Source: Balamuthia mandrillaris (Eukaryota). Taken from it: a stretch of 64,000 nucleotides of DNA. Both the position numbers and the translations under genes were made by a program. The stretch spans positions 62,001 to 126,000 of the forward strand of contig JAVKOQ020000081.1 in assembly GCA_031835245.2 (NCBI GenBank), written 5' to 3'. Positions 12,690 to 22,690 of the stretch are shown here, in pieces (position 1 is the first letter of the stretch; every line of letters starts with the position of its first letter). Below the pieces are notes generated by a model. The model was not told the origin of the DNA, searched no databases, and worked only from the letters and a program-made list of their open reading frames with translations.

Positions 12690-13325
12690 CGCAGACGAAT
12701 CAAAGAACAACGTACCTGACTCGTGGAGAAGGTTATAGTAAAAGTCCATTTTAGCGACGGTACAAAGCCAAAAGTAGCGAGTGTAAAAAAGAGCCTTTTG
12801 AGGAAGTCCAGAGGAAGAAGTTCTTCTGTGAGACCCTTTCTTTGTGGACGTCGAAGCTGCTGTTGAGCTTCTCTTTCTGGCCGAGGCGAGCCTGCTCCCG
12901 CTCGAGGCCGCTCTTCTCAAAGCAAACAGGGAGGGGAGAGGATCCGACGAGGAGACAGCAGCAGGCGGGGAGGGAGAAGAGGAGGAAGGAGTGGCAGCAG
13001 CAGTAGATGGTTTTATAGGTCTCGCAACAGAAGGAGCACAAGGGGCACGTTTACGAGAGGCCGAACAAGAGGGAGAGAAGAGGGAGGAGAGCAGATGGTT
13101 CCCCTTCTCACCACCCGTCTGCTTCGTGGGATTGTTGTTGCTGTTGTTTTTAGGTGGTAGTCTACCAACAACTGGCAAGGAAGGGCGTTGTCGGTGGTAG
13201 TTGGTGTGCGCGCGCTTTGTCCTGTTGTTGACGGGAGGCGTGGTCCCCTCCAGCTTTGCCCTCCCTTCTGTCTTTTTCTGATTTTCCCTTCTTGGATCAC
13301 AAGAGGCCCTGATGACGTCAAACAT
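10269..13325 (-). CDS. ATG4: ATG4 cysteine protease (peptidase C54); multi-exon, start codon uncertain (13325 or 12749)
   Basis: [19 protein letters not shown], catalytic [77 protein letters not shown]. Confidence 0.93.
12057..12690. repeat. About 630 bp (GAAGA)n/(GA)n purine-rich microsatellite in an ATG4 intron
   Basis: Directly visible; includes GAACGATGAAGA variants also seen at about 10100 and 27490-27620. Confidence 0.95.
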
Positions 13326-13527
13326 ACCTTAAATGGGTAAAATATTAACGTAAGACACCCTTTAAATGGTAATTATTGACGTCATTCATACTGAGATCAT
13401 TTTAATCAAAGGACCAATCGAAAATCAAAAGGGTTAAATGATATTACCATAAAAAGAAAGTGTCCACAAAAATGAAAGCCAGTAACGATGAAACGACGTT
13501 TTCTTGCATAACGCAAAGAGCAGTGGG

Positions 13528-13673
13528 ATGATGAAGGATGCGCTTTCAACTACCACGTGGCGGTTACTGATGGTGGTAGTACTAGCTTGCCATGATAGGT
13601 CTACTGTGATGGCAGGACTTGACTCGGTTCGATGGACTCCTCCAGATTGCTCTGAAGGGTTACGGTCCCCCTC

Positions 13674-13723
<50 letters not shown>

Positions 13724-14901
13724 CTCTCTCTCTTCACTTGCAGCGCTTCTGTTCTTGTAACAAGACCTTAATGATAAAGAGTTGGGAATTGTCGATCGGA
13801 TCTTCAAGTCAGCATTCATTTGGATAAAACGGAGCTCTCCTACCAACGAACATGGGAATACTTTGTTACTTCTTCGTCAGATCCGAGACCCATCTTTCTC
13901 CAGAAGCCTTTTACTCTGAAAACGGAGGTTTCCACTACTGCAGCAGGTATCTAGCCCTATCACACCAATTCAAAAAAATTCATAAAAGGTACATTTTGCG
14001 GGACTAACACTTTTTGTTTATGTTGTTTGGTTCTTTTCAGTGCTCCAGTTGATGCACACAGAAGTTATCTACAACACGTTTGAAGACTTTGAACCAGATC
14101 CGTTCTGTCCCTACATGCCCAAGGTTTCCATTCTGTATACTTTCTTTTATTTTTTTCAAGACGTGAACCAAAAAACCTCTCTTACTTTCTTCTTTCATAC
14201 TAAAAGAAAGGTCGTTGTACAGAAATCACAAGAGGGGCTCAACGTAAACACGTTCTCTGCTGTCAAGGATACACCAGAAGAGGAGTCGGTCAGCATTGCT
14301 TGAAGAGCAACCAATCTGAAGCGTATGATGTGTATGCGGTGCAACAGGTGAGGCTGCCTCTTCGTGTGACTGTCTCTGTTGGAGAATCCGAAGAGGACAT
14401 GAAAGACCTTCTCACCTTGGCGGATACGAACAGAGAATATCGAACAGGCAAAGCAGACGTAAGTATCTTTTGTATAAGCTTGAGAGAATATAGAGAAAAG
14501 AAACGAAGGTCAAAGGAAAGAAGAGGCCAAATGACGCTTGTTATAATGGCTTATGTAGGGATTGCTTCAACTGTACTCGGAGGATGATGACGCTTATGGA
14601 TTGTTAAAACTGCCTCCGTTGGTCGTCTTAATGGTGCCCTCTCATACCACGTCCGGCACAAGATCAGACTGGAGGTACAATTCTTTTTTTTTCTTCAATG
14701 TTTGTCTTGCAGTTGTTAAGGCAAATGCTCTCTCCTTGTAAATAGGAATTGGTTTTATGTGCACAAGGGTAGCATCCCCAAGCAAGTAGGGATGACCGAC
14801 GAGCAGTGGCATTTAGTTGCCTCCTGTGAATCCACTCGCAACGCGCATACTCAGACCAACTCCATTCATCCAGAGTACCTCTTTCTGCCCTCCCTCTTCT
14901 G

Positions 14902-14952
<51 letters not shown>

Positions 14953-15267
14953 CTCTCGCTCGCTCTCTCTCTCCTTCCCCTCTCACGCACTCAATGCAAT
15001 TTTGGGTAATGCTTTACTGTGATACAAGAGATCAGTTTCTGGTGCTGCGTGAAAACAAGTTGGACAAACTTCTCGCTCTATCAATGGAAGACATGACTCT
15101 TTATGATCATCCGTCCCAGCGGTTGTAACCACACCCTTCCATTTGATTCATCTTTCATTCTCATACCAAACCACAGGTTGGATATGGTCGTCCCGCGAAG
15201 TCCGGAGCCGCTTCAACTGGACTTGATCATCCGCCACATTCCCGTACACTTCAATTCCTCTAACTGA
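13528..15267 (+). CDS. Second HAP2/GCS1-like protein, probably secreted, domains I/II only; about 8 exons
   Basis: Manual splicing gives: hydrophobic leader MMKDALSTTTWRLLMVVVLAC; PPDCSEGVGNCRSDLQVSIHL; FLQKPFTLKTEVSTTAAVLQLMHTEVIYN; FCPYMPKKGRCTEITRGAQRKHVLCCQGYTRRGVGQHCLKSNQSEAYDVYAVQQVRLPLRVTVSV; LLTLADTNR; LPPLVVLMVPS; WRNWFYVHKGSIPKQVGMTDEQWHLVASC; ends LQLDLIIRHIPVHFNSSN* (TGA 15265-15267). No TM segment. Confidence 0.62.
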
Positions 15268-15517
15268 CCCAAGCAACAAACAAGCAAGACCTGGAAATGT
15301 GGCGGAGAAGGAAGGTGGAGGAGGAGTTCCTCTGGTGGACTGAGCAAAGGAAAAAAGAGGAGCTCTGGATGCCACTGTTTCGTGTCGTCATGTAAATATT
15401 CGTCTACAACAAATAGCAAATTTCCATGTCGTCGTGAAAATTTTCCCGCCAAAAAAAACCGAAAAAAAATAATATAATAAACATAAAAAAGAAAAGAAAA
15501 AACGGAAAAGAGATAGG

Positions 15518-17104
15518 ATGATGCATAACATGTTTTCGTATGCTGCTGCCGCTGCTGTGCCTGACAAGGACCAAAGCCCACTTCCCTTGGCCCGCGAGTC
15601 CGAATGGCGCGTGGAGCTCGGCCTGGAGGACTCTCCTCCGCTGCCCTCTCCTCCGCATACCATTTCTTTCATCACTCCGCTTCCTTTGAGGAAGAAAAAG
15701 CTGGTCCAGACCTACTCCTCCGCTTCTTCTTCTTCTTCTTCCTTGCGAAACGTTGATGGGGATGACTCCTTCGGTTTGTTGAATGATAGCGGCTCGTATG
15801 AAAAGAACGACGACGATGCCTTTGCCACTCCACCCTATCCCTCGCCAACTATTACCACCGCTTTTCTCCGTCGCGAAGACCTTCAACTCTTTTCTTCTTC
15901 TTCTATCACTCCTTATCATTCTTCTTCTTCTTCCGCTTTTACTTCCGCTAATAACAAAAACAACAGTAACTTTAGTCTGGCTCTTCTTGCATCGGCCTCA
16001 ACAACTTCGGCAACCGCCATGGACACTCCTCCATTGCCTTCACCTCCCAAGACAACCCCTTTTCTGTTGGACAGAAGAGGAGAAAGGCTAAGAGAAGGCG
16101 AAGGGAAGAGAGGACTCGTGCTTCGCTATGATGATGACGATGACGACTCTCCCTTTCGTCCCAACAATAGCAACAATCCCAACATTCATAACGGTTGCCA
16201 AAGGGACAACAAAGAGAAAGACGCGTTGGCCACACCTCCGCTACCTTCACCTCCACACACCACCATCTTCCTTCGAGCAGCGAAAACCGCCGACTCGTCA
16301 TCTTCTTCCTTTGCTGCTTCTCCTTTTCAGCAACAACAACAACCAAAGTTTCACGAGCAGGACAATAACCAAACAACAATTGCAAACGAATGGTTGTCAC
16401 CATTCGTTGCTGCTGCTGCTTCTTCTTCAACTTTGTTGCCGCCGATGACACCGACGACAACGACGTCGACGCCTCCATTGCCGTCTCCTCCCAACACAAC
16501 TCCCTTTCTTCGTCCTGTCTCTTTCTTACCTTTCCTTCTCTCTTCTGCCTCTTCCTCCACCAAGATGAAGAAGAATCGTCCCACCAAAGCAGCAGGCGAA
16601 GAAAATGACAACCATGAGGAAGAAGACGGGGACGAAGACGAAGAAGGAGAAGGAGAAGATGACGACCCATTTACAAATGCATTCAAAGCGTTGCGGTTGG
16701 AGGAAGCTATGGCGGCAGGAGAAGATGAGACAACAATGATGAGCATGATGAGCCCTTGTCGTCTGCTCGGTTTGGACGACATTCCTTCCCCAGAACCTCC
16801 TGAACTCACCACCACGCAACTGCTTCGTCCCCCCACTGCTTCGTTCTCGTCTTCTTTCAACAACAGCAACCACAGCACCGAAAAGAAGAAAGAACAAGAA
16901 AAAGCTGATAAAGAGAACGTCGCTCCGTTCTACGCTCGACACCATGCTGCTTTGTCTTCTTCATCGGTAACAACACCAACCCCACAAAAAGCTGCATCGT
17001 CGTATCCGTGTTCTTCTTCTTTGCTGTCGCCTTACTCTTCTCCTCTTCCTTCCTCCTCTGCATCTCCTTTGTCCCACCATCCATCAGCAACAAAGAAACT
17101 CTGA
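15518..17104 (+). CDS. Intronless low-complexity, probably disordered protein with five TPPLPSPPxTTxF repeats and a KEN box
   Basis: 528-aa ORF; repeats DSPPLPSPPHTISF, ATPPYPSPTITTAF, DTPPLPSPPKTTPF, ATPPLPSPPHTTIF, STPPLPSPPNTTPF; DKENVAP near the C-terminus. Confidence 0.75.
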   Translation: MMHNMFSYAAAAAVPDKDQSPLPLARESEWRVELGLEDSPPLPSPPHTISFITPLPLRKKKLVQTYSSASSSSSSLRNVDGDDSFGLLNDSGSYEKNDDDAFATPPYPSPTITTAFLRREDLQLFSSSSITPYHSSSSSAFTSANNKNNSNFSLALLASASTTSATAMDTPPLPSPPKTTPFLLDRRGERLREGEGKRGLVLRYDDDDDDSPFRPNNSNNPNIHNGCQRDNKEKDALATPPLPSPPHTTIFLRAAKTADSSSSSFAASPFQQQQQPKFHEQDNNQTTIANEWLSPFVAAAASSSTLLPPMTPTTTTSTPPLPSPPNTTPFLRPVSFLPFLLSSASSSTKMKKNRPTKAAGEENDNHEEEDGDEDEEGEGEDDDPFTNAFKALRLEEAMAAGEDETTMMSMMSPCRLLGLDDIPSPEPPELTTTQLLRPPTASFSSSFNNSNHSTEKKKEQEKADKENVAPFYARHHAALSSSSVTTPTPQKAASSYPCSSSLLSPYSSPLPSSSASPLSHHPSATKKL

Positions 17105-17134
17105 TAAAGAAGATGTTATTATGTACTGTATTCT

Positions 17135-18160
17135 TCACGCATCAAAGACAGCCAACCACTCGGCCTTGTTGGCACCAAACTTGCTGGCCCTGTCCTCTTC
17201 GATCTTCTCTCTTGGAGTTTCGCCTTGGCTGTCCTTGCAACTAAGGTCGGCCCCCAGCTCCTTCAGCACCTTCAACGCCTCCAAATGTTCGAATTGAAGA
17301 GCGATGTGAGCCGCAGTATCTCCACCGTAGACCCGGTCCTTGTTGGAGGTCCGCAAGTTCATGTCCGCGCCCACCGCCTTCAGAGCCCTCAGAACGTCCA
17401 AGCGGTTGTTCATCACCGCCATGTGCACGGGCGCGTAGCCGCCTGTCCCCGTGATGTGAGCGTTCGGGTCGAGGCCTGCCTCCTCTACCAAGAGACGGAT
17501 GAGCTTCTCAGAGGCACCCCTGCTCGCGGCAAAGTGCAGCGCCGACTGTCCTTGGAGGTCGGTGCGCTTCACGTCCAGCGTGCCATCGCCCTTGGGACCG
17601 CGTTCTACGATCAGCTTGATGGCTTCCTCCTCGTTGACGTCGTCTATGAATCTCATTCCGCAAGCAATGAGCAACGAGTCGGCCCGTTCGTTCTCCTCCA
17701 TCTGGGCGGTAAGCAGCGCTAGGGCGTCTTCCGCTTGCTGCGTCCTCTGGGCCGAATCATCCGTTCGGCGGAGTTCCAGGATGAGCTCTCCTGAGATCTT
17801 GGGATGCTTCCCGGAGAGCGAGAACGTGGACTCGGTCCTGTCGGTCGGGATGTCCCCCACGCGAACCTTCACGCAGCCGAGCTCGTCGTCCTTCCCGATG
17901 ACGTCTTTGTCAAACACCTCAAAGATGAGGATGTCGTCCTCATGGAGGTCTTTGGAGTCGTGCCAGCCGTCAGGCAGCGCCGCTCCTTTATCCCAACGGG
18001 GAGAGAGGGTCTTTTTGATGGTTGGAGTTTTGTGCAGTTTGAGCGGTTTGCCTTGTCTCTGTTGGAGGAAGACCACCACGTAGGGGTCGCTTTTGCCGTT
18101 GGCGTCGGCAGCGCGAAGGTTGTTGGCCCCCACGACACGCACGTCAACTGTAGTCGTCAT
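17135..18160 (-). CDS. C2 domain plus ankyrin-repeat protein, intronless
   Basis: C2: VRVVGANNLRAADANGKSDPYV..KTPTIKKTLSPRW..FEVFDKDVIGKDDELG; ankyrin repeats GQSALHFAASRG, GYAPVHMAVMNN, GDTAAHIALQFE, GETP. Confidence 0.92.
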   Translation of the reverse strand: MTTTVDVRVVGANNLRAADANGKSDPYVVVFLQQRQGKPLKLHKTPTIKKTLSPRWDKGAALPDGWHDSKDLHEDDILIFEVFDKDVIGKDDELGCVKVRVGDIPTDRTESTFSLSGKHPKISGELILELRRTDDSAQRTQQAEDALALLTAQMEENERADSLLIACGMRFIDDVNEEEAIKLIVERGPKGDGTLDVKRTDLQGQSALHFAASRGASEKLIRLLVEEAGLDPNAHITGTGGYAPVHMAVMNNRLDVLRALKAVGADMNLRTSNKDRVYGGDTAAHIALQFEHLEALKVLKELGADLSCKDSQGETPREKIEEDRASKFGANKAEWLAVFDA

Positions 18161-18715
18161 CTTCGTGGTCCTGTTCTGTTTGTGTTGCTTTGGGTGTTAT
18201 AAAATGAAGATTGCAGAGATATAAGATAATCTATAAATGTAACGCAATAAATAGGAAATCTGAATTAAACCCAAATCGAGAAGCGAGGAGGGTAACATAC
18301 GCTGCAAAACGTGTCTCGCCATTAGAACCGCAGGATACGCAGTGTCGACAAGGACACTCCTCACAACCCAACCGTTGCAAGGGGGGCAGTATATGTTTTG
18401 GCTGAAAGGGAAGCAAACGTGAAGGTTCCGGTGAGGATGGCTTCGCTTATTTCTGCAGCCTTGGAACCATTCTATACCGCGGCGTTGGGTTAATGATTAT
18501 TTTCATCGGCCTCTCCTCTCCTTCTTGTGCTCCCCCTTTCCTATGATGCCCAGAACAAAGAAACACTTAAAGAAGATAGAGATGTGGACGATGCCAATCA
18601 GGTTGTGTGCTGTATTATGAAGGTGCGTTGTATGTCTTTTTTTTTTTTACATCTGTTCTCATTCTCTCTCTCTCTCTCCTTTGTGAAGTTAGTAGTTTCT
18701 CGTAGATGCTCTGCA

Positions 18716-20503
18716 TCAAGCTGCTTTTCTTCTCCCGTTAAAATTCTTCATTCTGTAAGGAAAGAAGGAATGAGTTGAAACAGAAAGCAAGAAGCGACAG
18801 GAGAGAAGGGGAAAATAAAAATGAAACGTACACGGGGTGGAGGATTCCTCGCGAGGACGTTTAGTTGGTCGCAATGAAACGGAATGAGCAGCATGGCTGC
18901 CTTCTTCCTTTCCATTAGCAGCAACCAGCAGCTCTTGCTCAGTTGCACGCGTGTTTGACGATTCATCAGAAGAAGATTGTTGATAGAGTGAATGGTGGTC
19001 TGACCGACGTCCTTTGTTGCTATTATTAGTGGATGTTTCTTCTTCTTGTTCTTCGACGTTGTTGTGAGTATCAGAAATAGAAGAGGAGGATTGCTCTGAA
19101 CTATCTTCCAGCATATGAGTGCTCTTTCTCTTTTTGGGAAGAGTAGTAAACACTTCAGCAGAAGCACTTCTTTCAACGATGGTTCCTTCTTCCATTTGTT
19201 CAGTTGTTTCTTCTTGATTGGTTGTTGCTGTGGAGTAGGAAGGCATATCTACTCCTTCTTCTCCTTCTTGCTGTTGATGCTCACTTTCTTCGGAAGAAGG
19301 TTTCGTATCTGACTGCTGTTCCGTTTCAATGGAAGAAGCATGAAGAATCAAGCCTTTTGTAGAAGAAGAAGATGCCGACGACGAAGATGACATTGGTGAT
19401 GAGGAAATAGGCACGGTACTAGGCCCCAAAGTGAACATAGCGAGGTTGCCAGGCAGTAACAACGTTGCTGGGTCCGTTGGAAAAGTGCCTCCTTGTTCTA
19501 CAGCATTACCAGGAGATCCACGAAGACCAGCTGCCGCTACGTTACCACCAACACCGCCAGGACCAACAGCAACAGGAGAGGCAGTGGCGTTGTTGGCATT
19601 GGCGGCTGCTTGTTGCTGTTGAGACTTTCTGCGCGCCCTCTCTCTGCGTTTCTGATGGGCAGAACAGAACCGCCGCTTAAGAATTTGTTTGGTGCAGCCC
19701 TCCTCGGCACAGTGATAGGGCGCCACGATCTTTCTGGGACGACCCCGGCGTCGAGCGGGAGTGGTGGAGGCGCTGTTGGGACTGCTGGGAGCGGTGCCCT
19801 CCGTGCTCATGTTCAAGGTGTCCATCCCAGTCGAAGTATTAGATCCCGAGGTGCCGACAACCTCTTGATGTTGTCCATGATGGACCAAGACTTGCTGATG
19901 TTGATCGTGTTGAAGATGGTGATGGTGAAGAGTAGAGTGCAAGTGGAGTTGATGGTGTACTTCTCTGTCATGATCATGCTCGTCATGATCGTGATGCATA
20001 CTGTGATGGTGGGATTCTTCCATGTTGCCGCCGCCTTCTTCTCTGGTGGCATCTTCCGCGGAGGCTGCTGCTTCGCCTTGGCCTTCCTCTCCTGCTCCAT
20101 GTATGCCAAGTTCAGGATAGCCCTATTCGAAAAAAACAAAAGGACAGAAGTAAGCCGCTTTGCTCCTCCTTCCTCTTCTCACTCTCTCTCTCTCTCTCTC
20201 CTCTGTTCTCTACTCTTTCGTGGTGTCCATTCTCTTCTTTTTAGTCCTTCTCCAGGCAGAAAACAAAAAGCTTACCAGAAGAGAAGGATGAAGTCCTTCT
20301 TCAGTCATAGCATTCGAGTTGGCAGAGTTGTTGTTGGGTTGCTCTTGAGGTTGCTGGTCGTCACCGGCGTCAGCGCCCGTATTCGTGGGAGAGGAAGGTT
20401 CGGTCGTGTCGGAAGCAGCAGCGGCAGCGGCAGCGGCAGCTTCCGAGGCAGCAGCAGAGGTGGTGTTCGTTGCGGAGGTGGACGACTCTTCTTCCATTTG
20501 CAT
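18716..20503 (-). CDS. Putative DNA-binding protein with AT-hook, C3H-type zinc finger and His-rich tract
   Basis: RRRGRPRK AT-hook followed by CAEEGCTKQILKRRFCSAHQKR; His/Gln-rich region; first exon 20503 to about 20276 spliced to the 18716-20120 exon; 3' end uncertain. Confidence 0.7.
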
Positions 20504-21246
20504 TAACTGTTCGACTGTCGACTTTATTTTATTTTTTAACGGTCACATCAGCAAAACAAAAAGAGTAGAGGAAAAGAGACTTACCGCAACAAAAAAAAGT
20601 CTATCCTTCAGTTGCCTGGTAGGGAGGAGGTAGGAGACACAAATCCAAATGCTTTTTTTAACCAAAAAAAAAAAAATTAAAGGTTGAAAGAAAGGGAACA
20701 TGATGAGTTCAAGATGAAGCCCGCGGTGTCGCACTTTGAAAAAAAAGAAACTGAAACAAACCTCACCTTGATCTGCTCGTTAGCTCAAAAACGATGCGAA
20801 GAGGAGGAAAGTAAAGAAAAACCAAACACAAAAAAAAAAATAAATAAATCAAATCAAATCAATCGATCAAGAAAGAAGGGACAACAGTTAGCGGAGGAGG
20901 TGCGCCGCGCCAAGGGAAAGCGGCTCTCTCTTTTTGCAGACAAACAGAGACGAGCGTCCGCAGAAAAACTCGTCGACACAAAAAATGAAGAAAGAAAAAA
21001 ATTTCAATCAAAAATAAAATGTAAAGAAACGGTCGACAAGCGAGGGTTCCCGATGGTCGAGGGTTTGTGGAAGAATGTCGACATTTTATGACACGTGTGA
21101 TTCACGACTTGTGTCGATGGAGCACGAAAATTATCGTGATTTGATTGCCGTGTAGGAATGTGGGGTGACATCAGCTTTTCGATAGATAATTAGTGATCTA
21201 CTGGTGATAAGAGAAAGAGAAAAGTAGCAAAAAGAGATAGAGAGAG

Positions 21247-21653
21247 ATGGGAGGAGTGGACAGCAAGGAAGCGTTCAAGCTCTGCGTGGAGGAACTGCGC
21301 AGCAGGGAGGGCCAGTCCCTGCAGCAACAAAAGGGCCAGTTCGACAAGGAGTTTTGGGCCAAGTTTTGGACGCTGCCCGCCTCGGTCGAGGAGGTCTACG
21401 AGCTGCTCTCCCCTGAAGAGGTGCGCAGGCTGAAACGAGAGGCGCCTTGCAACTTTGCCATTTTGCTCACTCGTGTACGTTTTCTTTTTTTTGTTGGCCT
21501 TTCACGCTGCTTGTAGCTTTTTCCCCCTCCCTCCCTCTCTCTTAACAACGTTGTTGTGGTCTCCAACAGGTTGTGAACGAGATGAGAAAAGTGGTTGCCC
21601 AAGGAGCAAGCAACACGCCCAAAGACTTCACCAATGTTCTCAACTGCACGAGG

Positions 21654-21699
<46 letters not shown>

Positions 21700-22647
21700 T
21701 GTTCTTCTTCTTCTTTTCTCTTCTTCTTCTCTCTCTCTCTCTTCTTCTTCTTGTTCTTCTTGTTCTTCTTGTTCTTCTTTCCTTCTCCTTCCTCTCTCTC
21801 TCTCTCCTTCTTTCTTTCTTTGTATCTTTGTCATTCCTTCTTTCTCTTCTCGTTCTTCCTTTCTCTTCCCATCTCCAAACGAACAGCAGTGTTGAATAGT
21901 GTTTTTTTTTTCTTTTTGAAACAGGTTGTTGACACGAATGCTGCCGCTGGTTCTCGAAGACCAATCAGACGACTTTTTTGAGACGGTGTTTTGGCGAAAC
22001 GAGTTACCAGCAAGTGGAACCACGAAAAGAGAAGAGGAAAAGACTTCCACTTCTTCGCCTTCATCTGCAACAAAGGAGGGAGAACAAGAAGACGATGAAG
22101 CAGCAAAAGAAAAGGCAGCAGCTGGCGTTGGAACCCTTGTAGAAGAGCCAGAGATTAAAGTGGAAGGAGAGGAGAAAGAAGCAAAAGATGGGCAACAAAG
22201 TAAAGGAGAGGAAGAACAAGAAACGCCAAATCTGTCTCAAGGAGATGATGGCAGTGATCCATTAGCCATTCGTTTGTTGAATGCTGTCGTGAACTTGCTT
22301 TTCTATCCCAACTTTACCGTCTCTCCTCGAAAGAGCTCTTTGGGAACTTCCGTGGACACCCTTCCTCTGGATCAAGTCTGGTTCGTCATTACGTTCAATG
22401 ATCTTTCTACTTTTCTCAGCACTTGTTTTGTTGCTTTGTTTGTTTGTTTGTTCTCTCACTCAGTCTTTTCAACGCATTTCTGTTCTTTGTTATTCTAATG
22501 TAATGTTATGACACTACAGGATTGGTGGCATTGGAGTGGGCAATGATAAAGTACTGCCCACAACCAGAGCTATGCTTAGTAATCGTACCGAAATATTGAG
22601 GTTGTTGCTTGTCCTTTTCTCAGAAGCCCTCTACCATAGCCCCGGTA

Positions 22648-22690
<43 letters not shown>

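Noticed and set aside
11882..12703. Long Leu/Phe/Ser-rich and Arg/Glu/Lys-rich ORFs
   Set aside because: Translations of the (GAAGA)n intronic microsatellite.
18430..18740. Apparent plus-strand mini-exons with GT/AG boundaries
   Set aside because: The splice phases tried do not give a convincing ORF, and the region overlaps the 3' end of the AT-hook gene.
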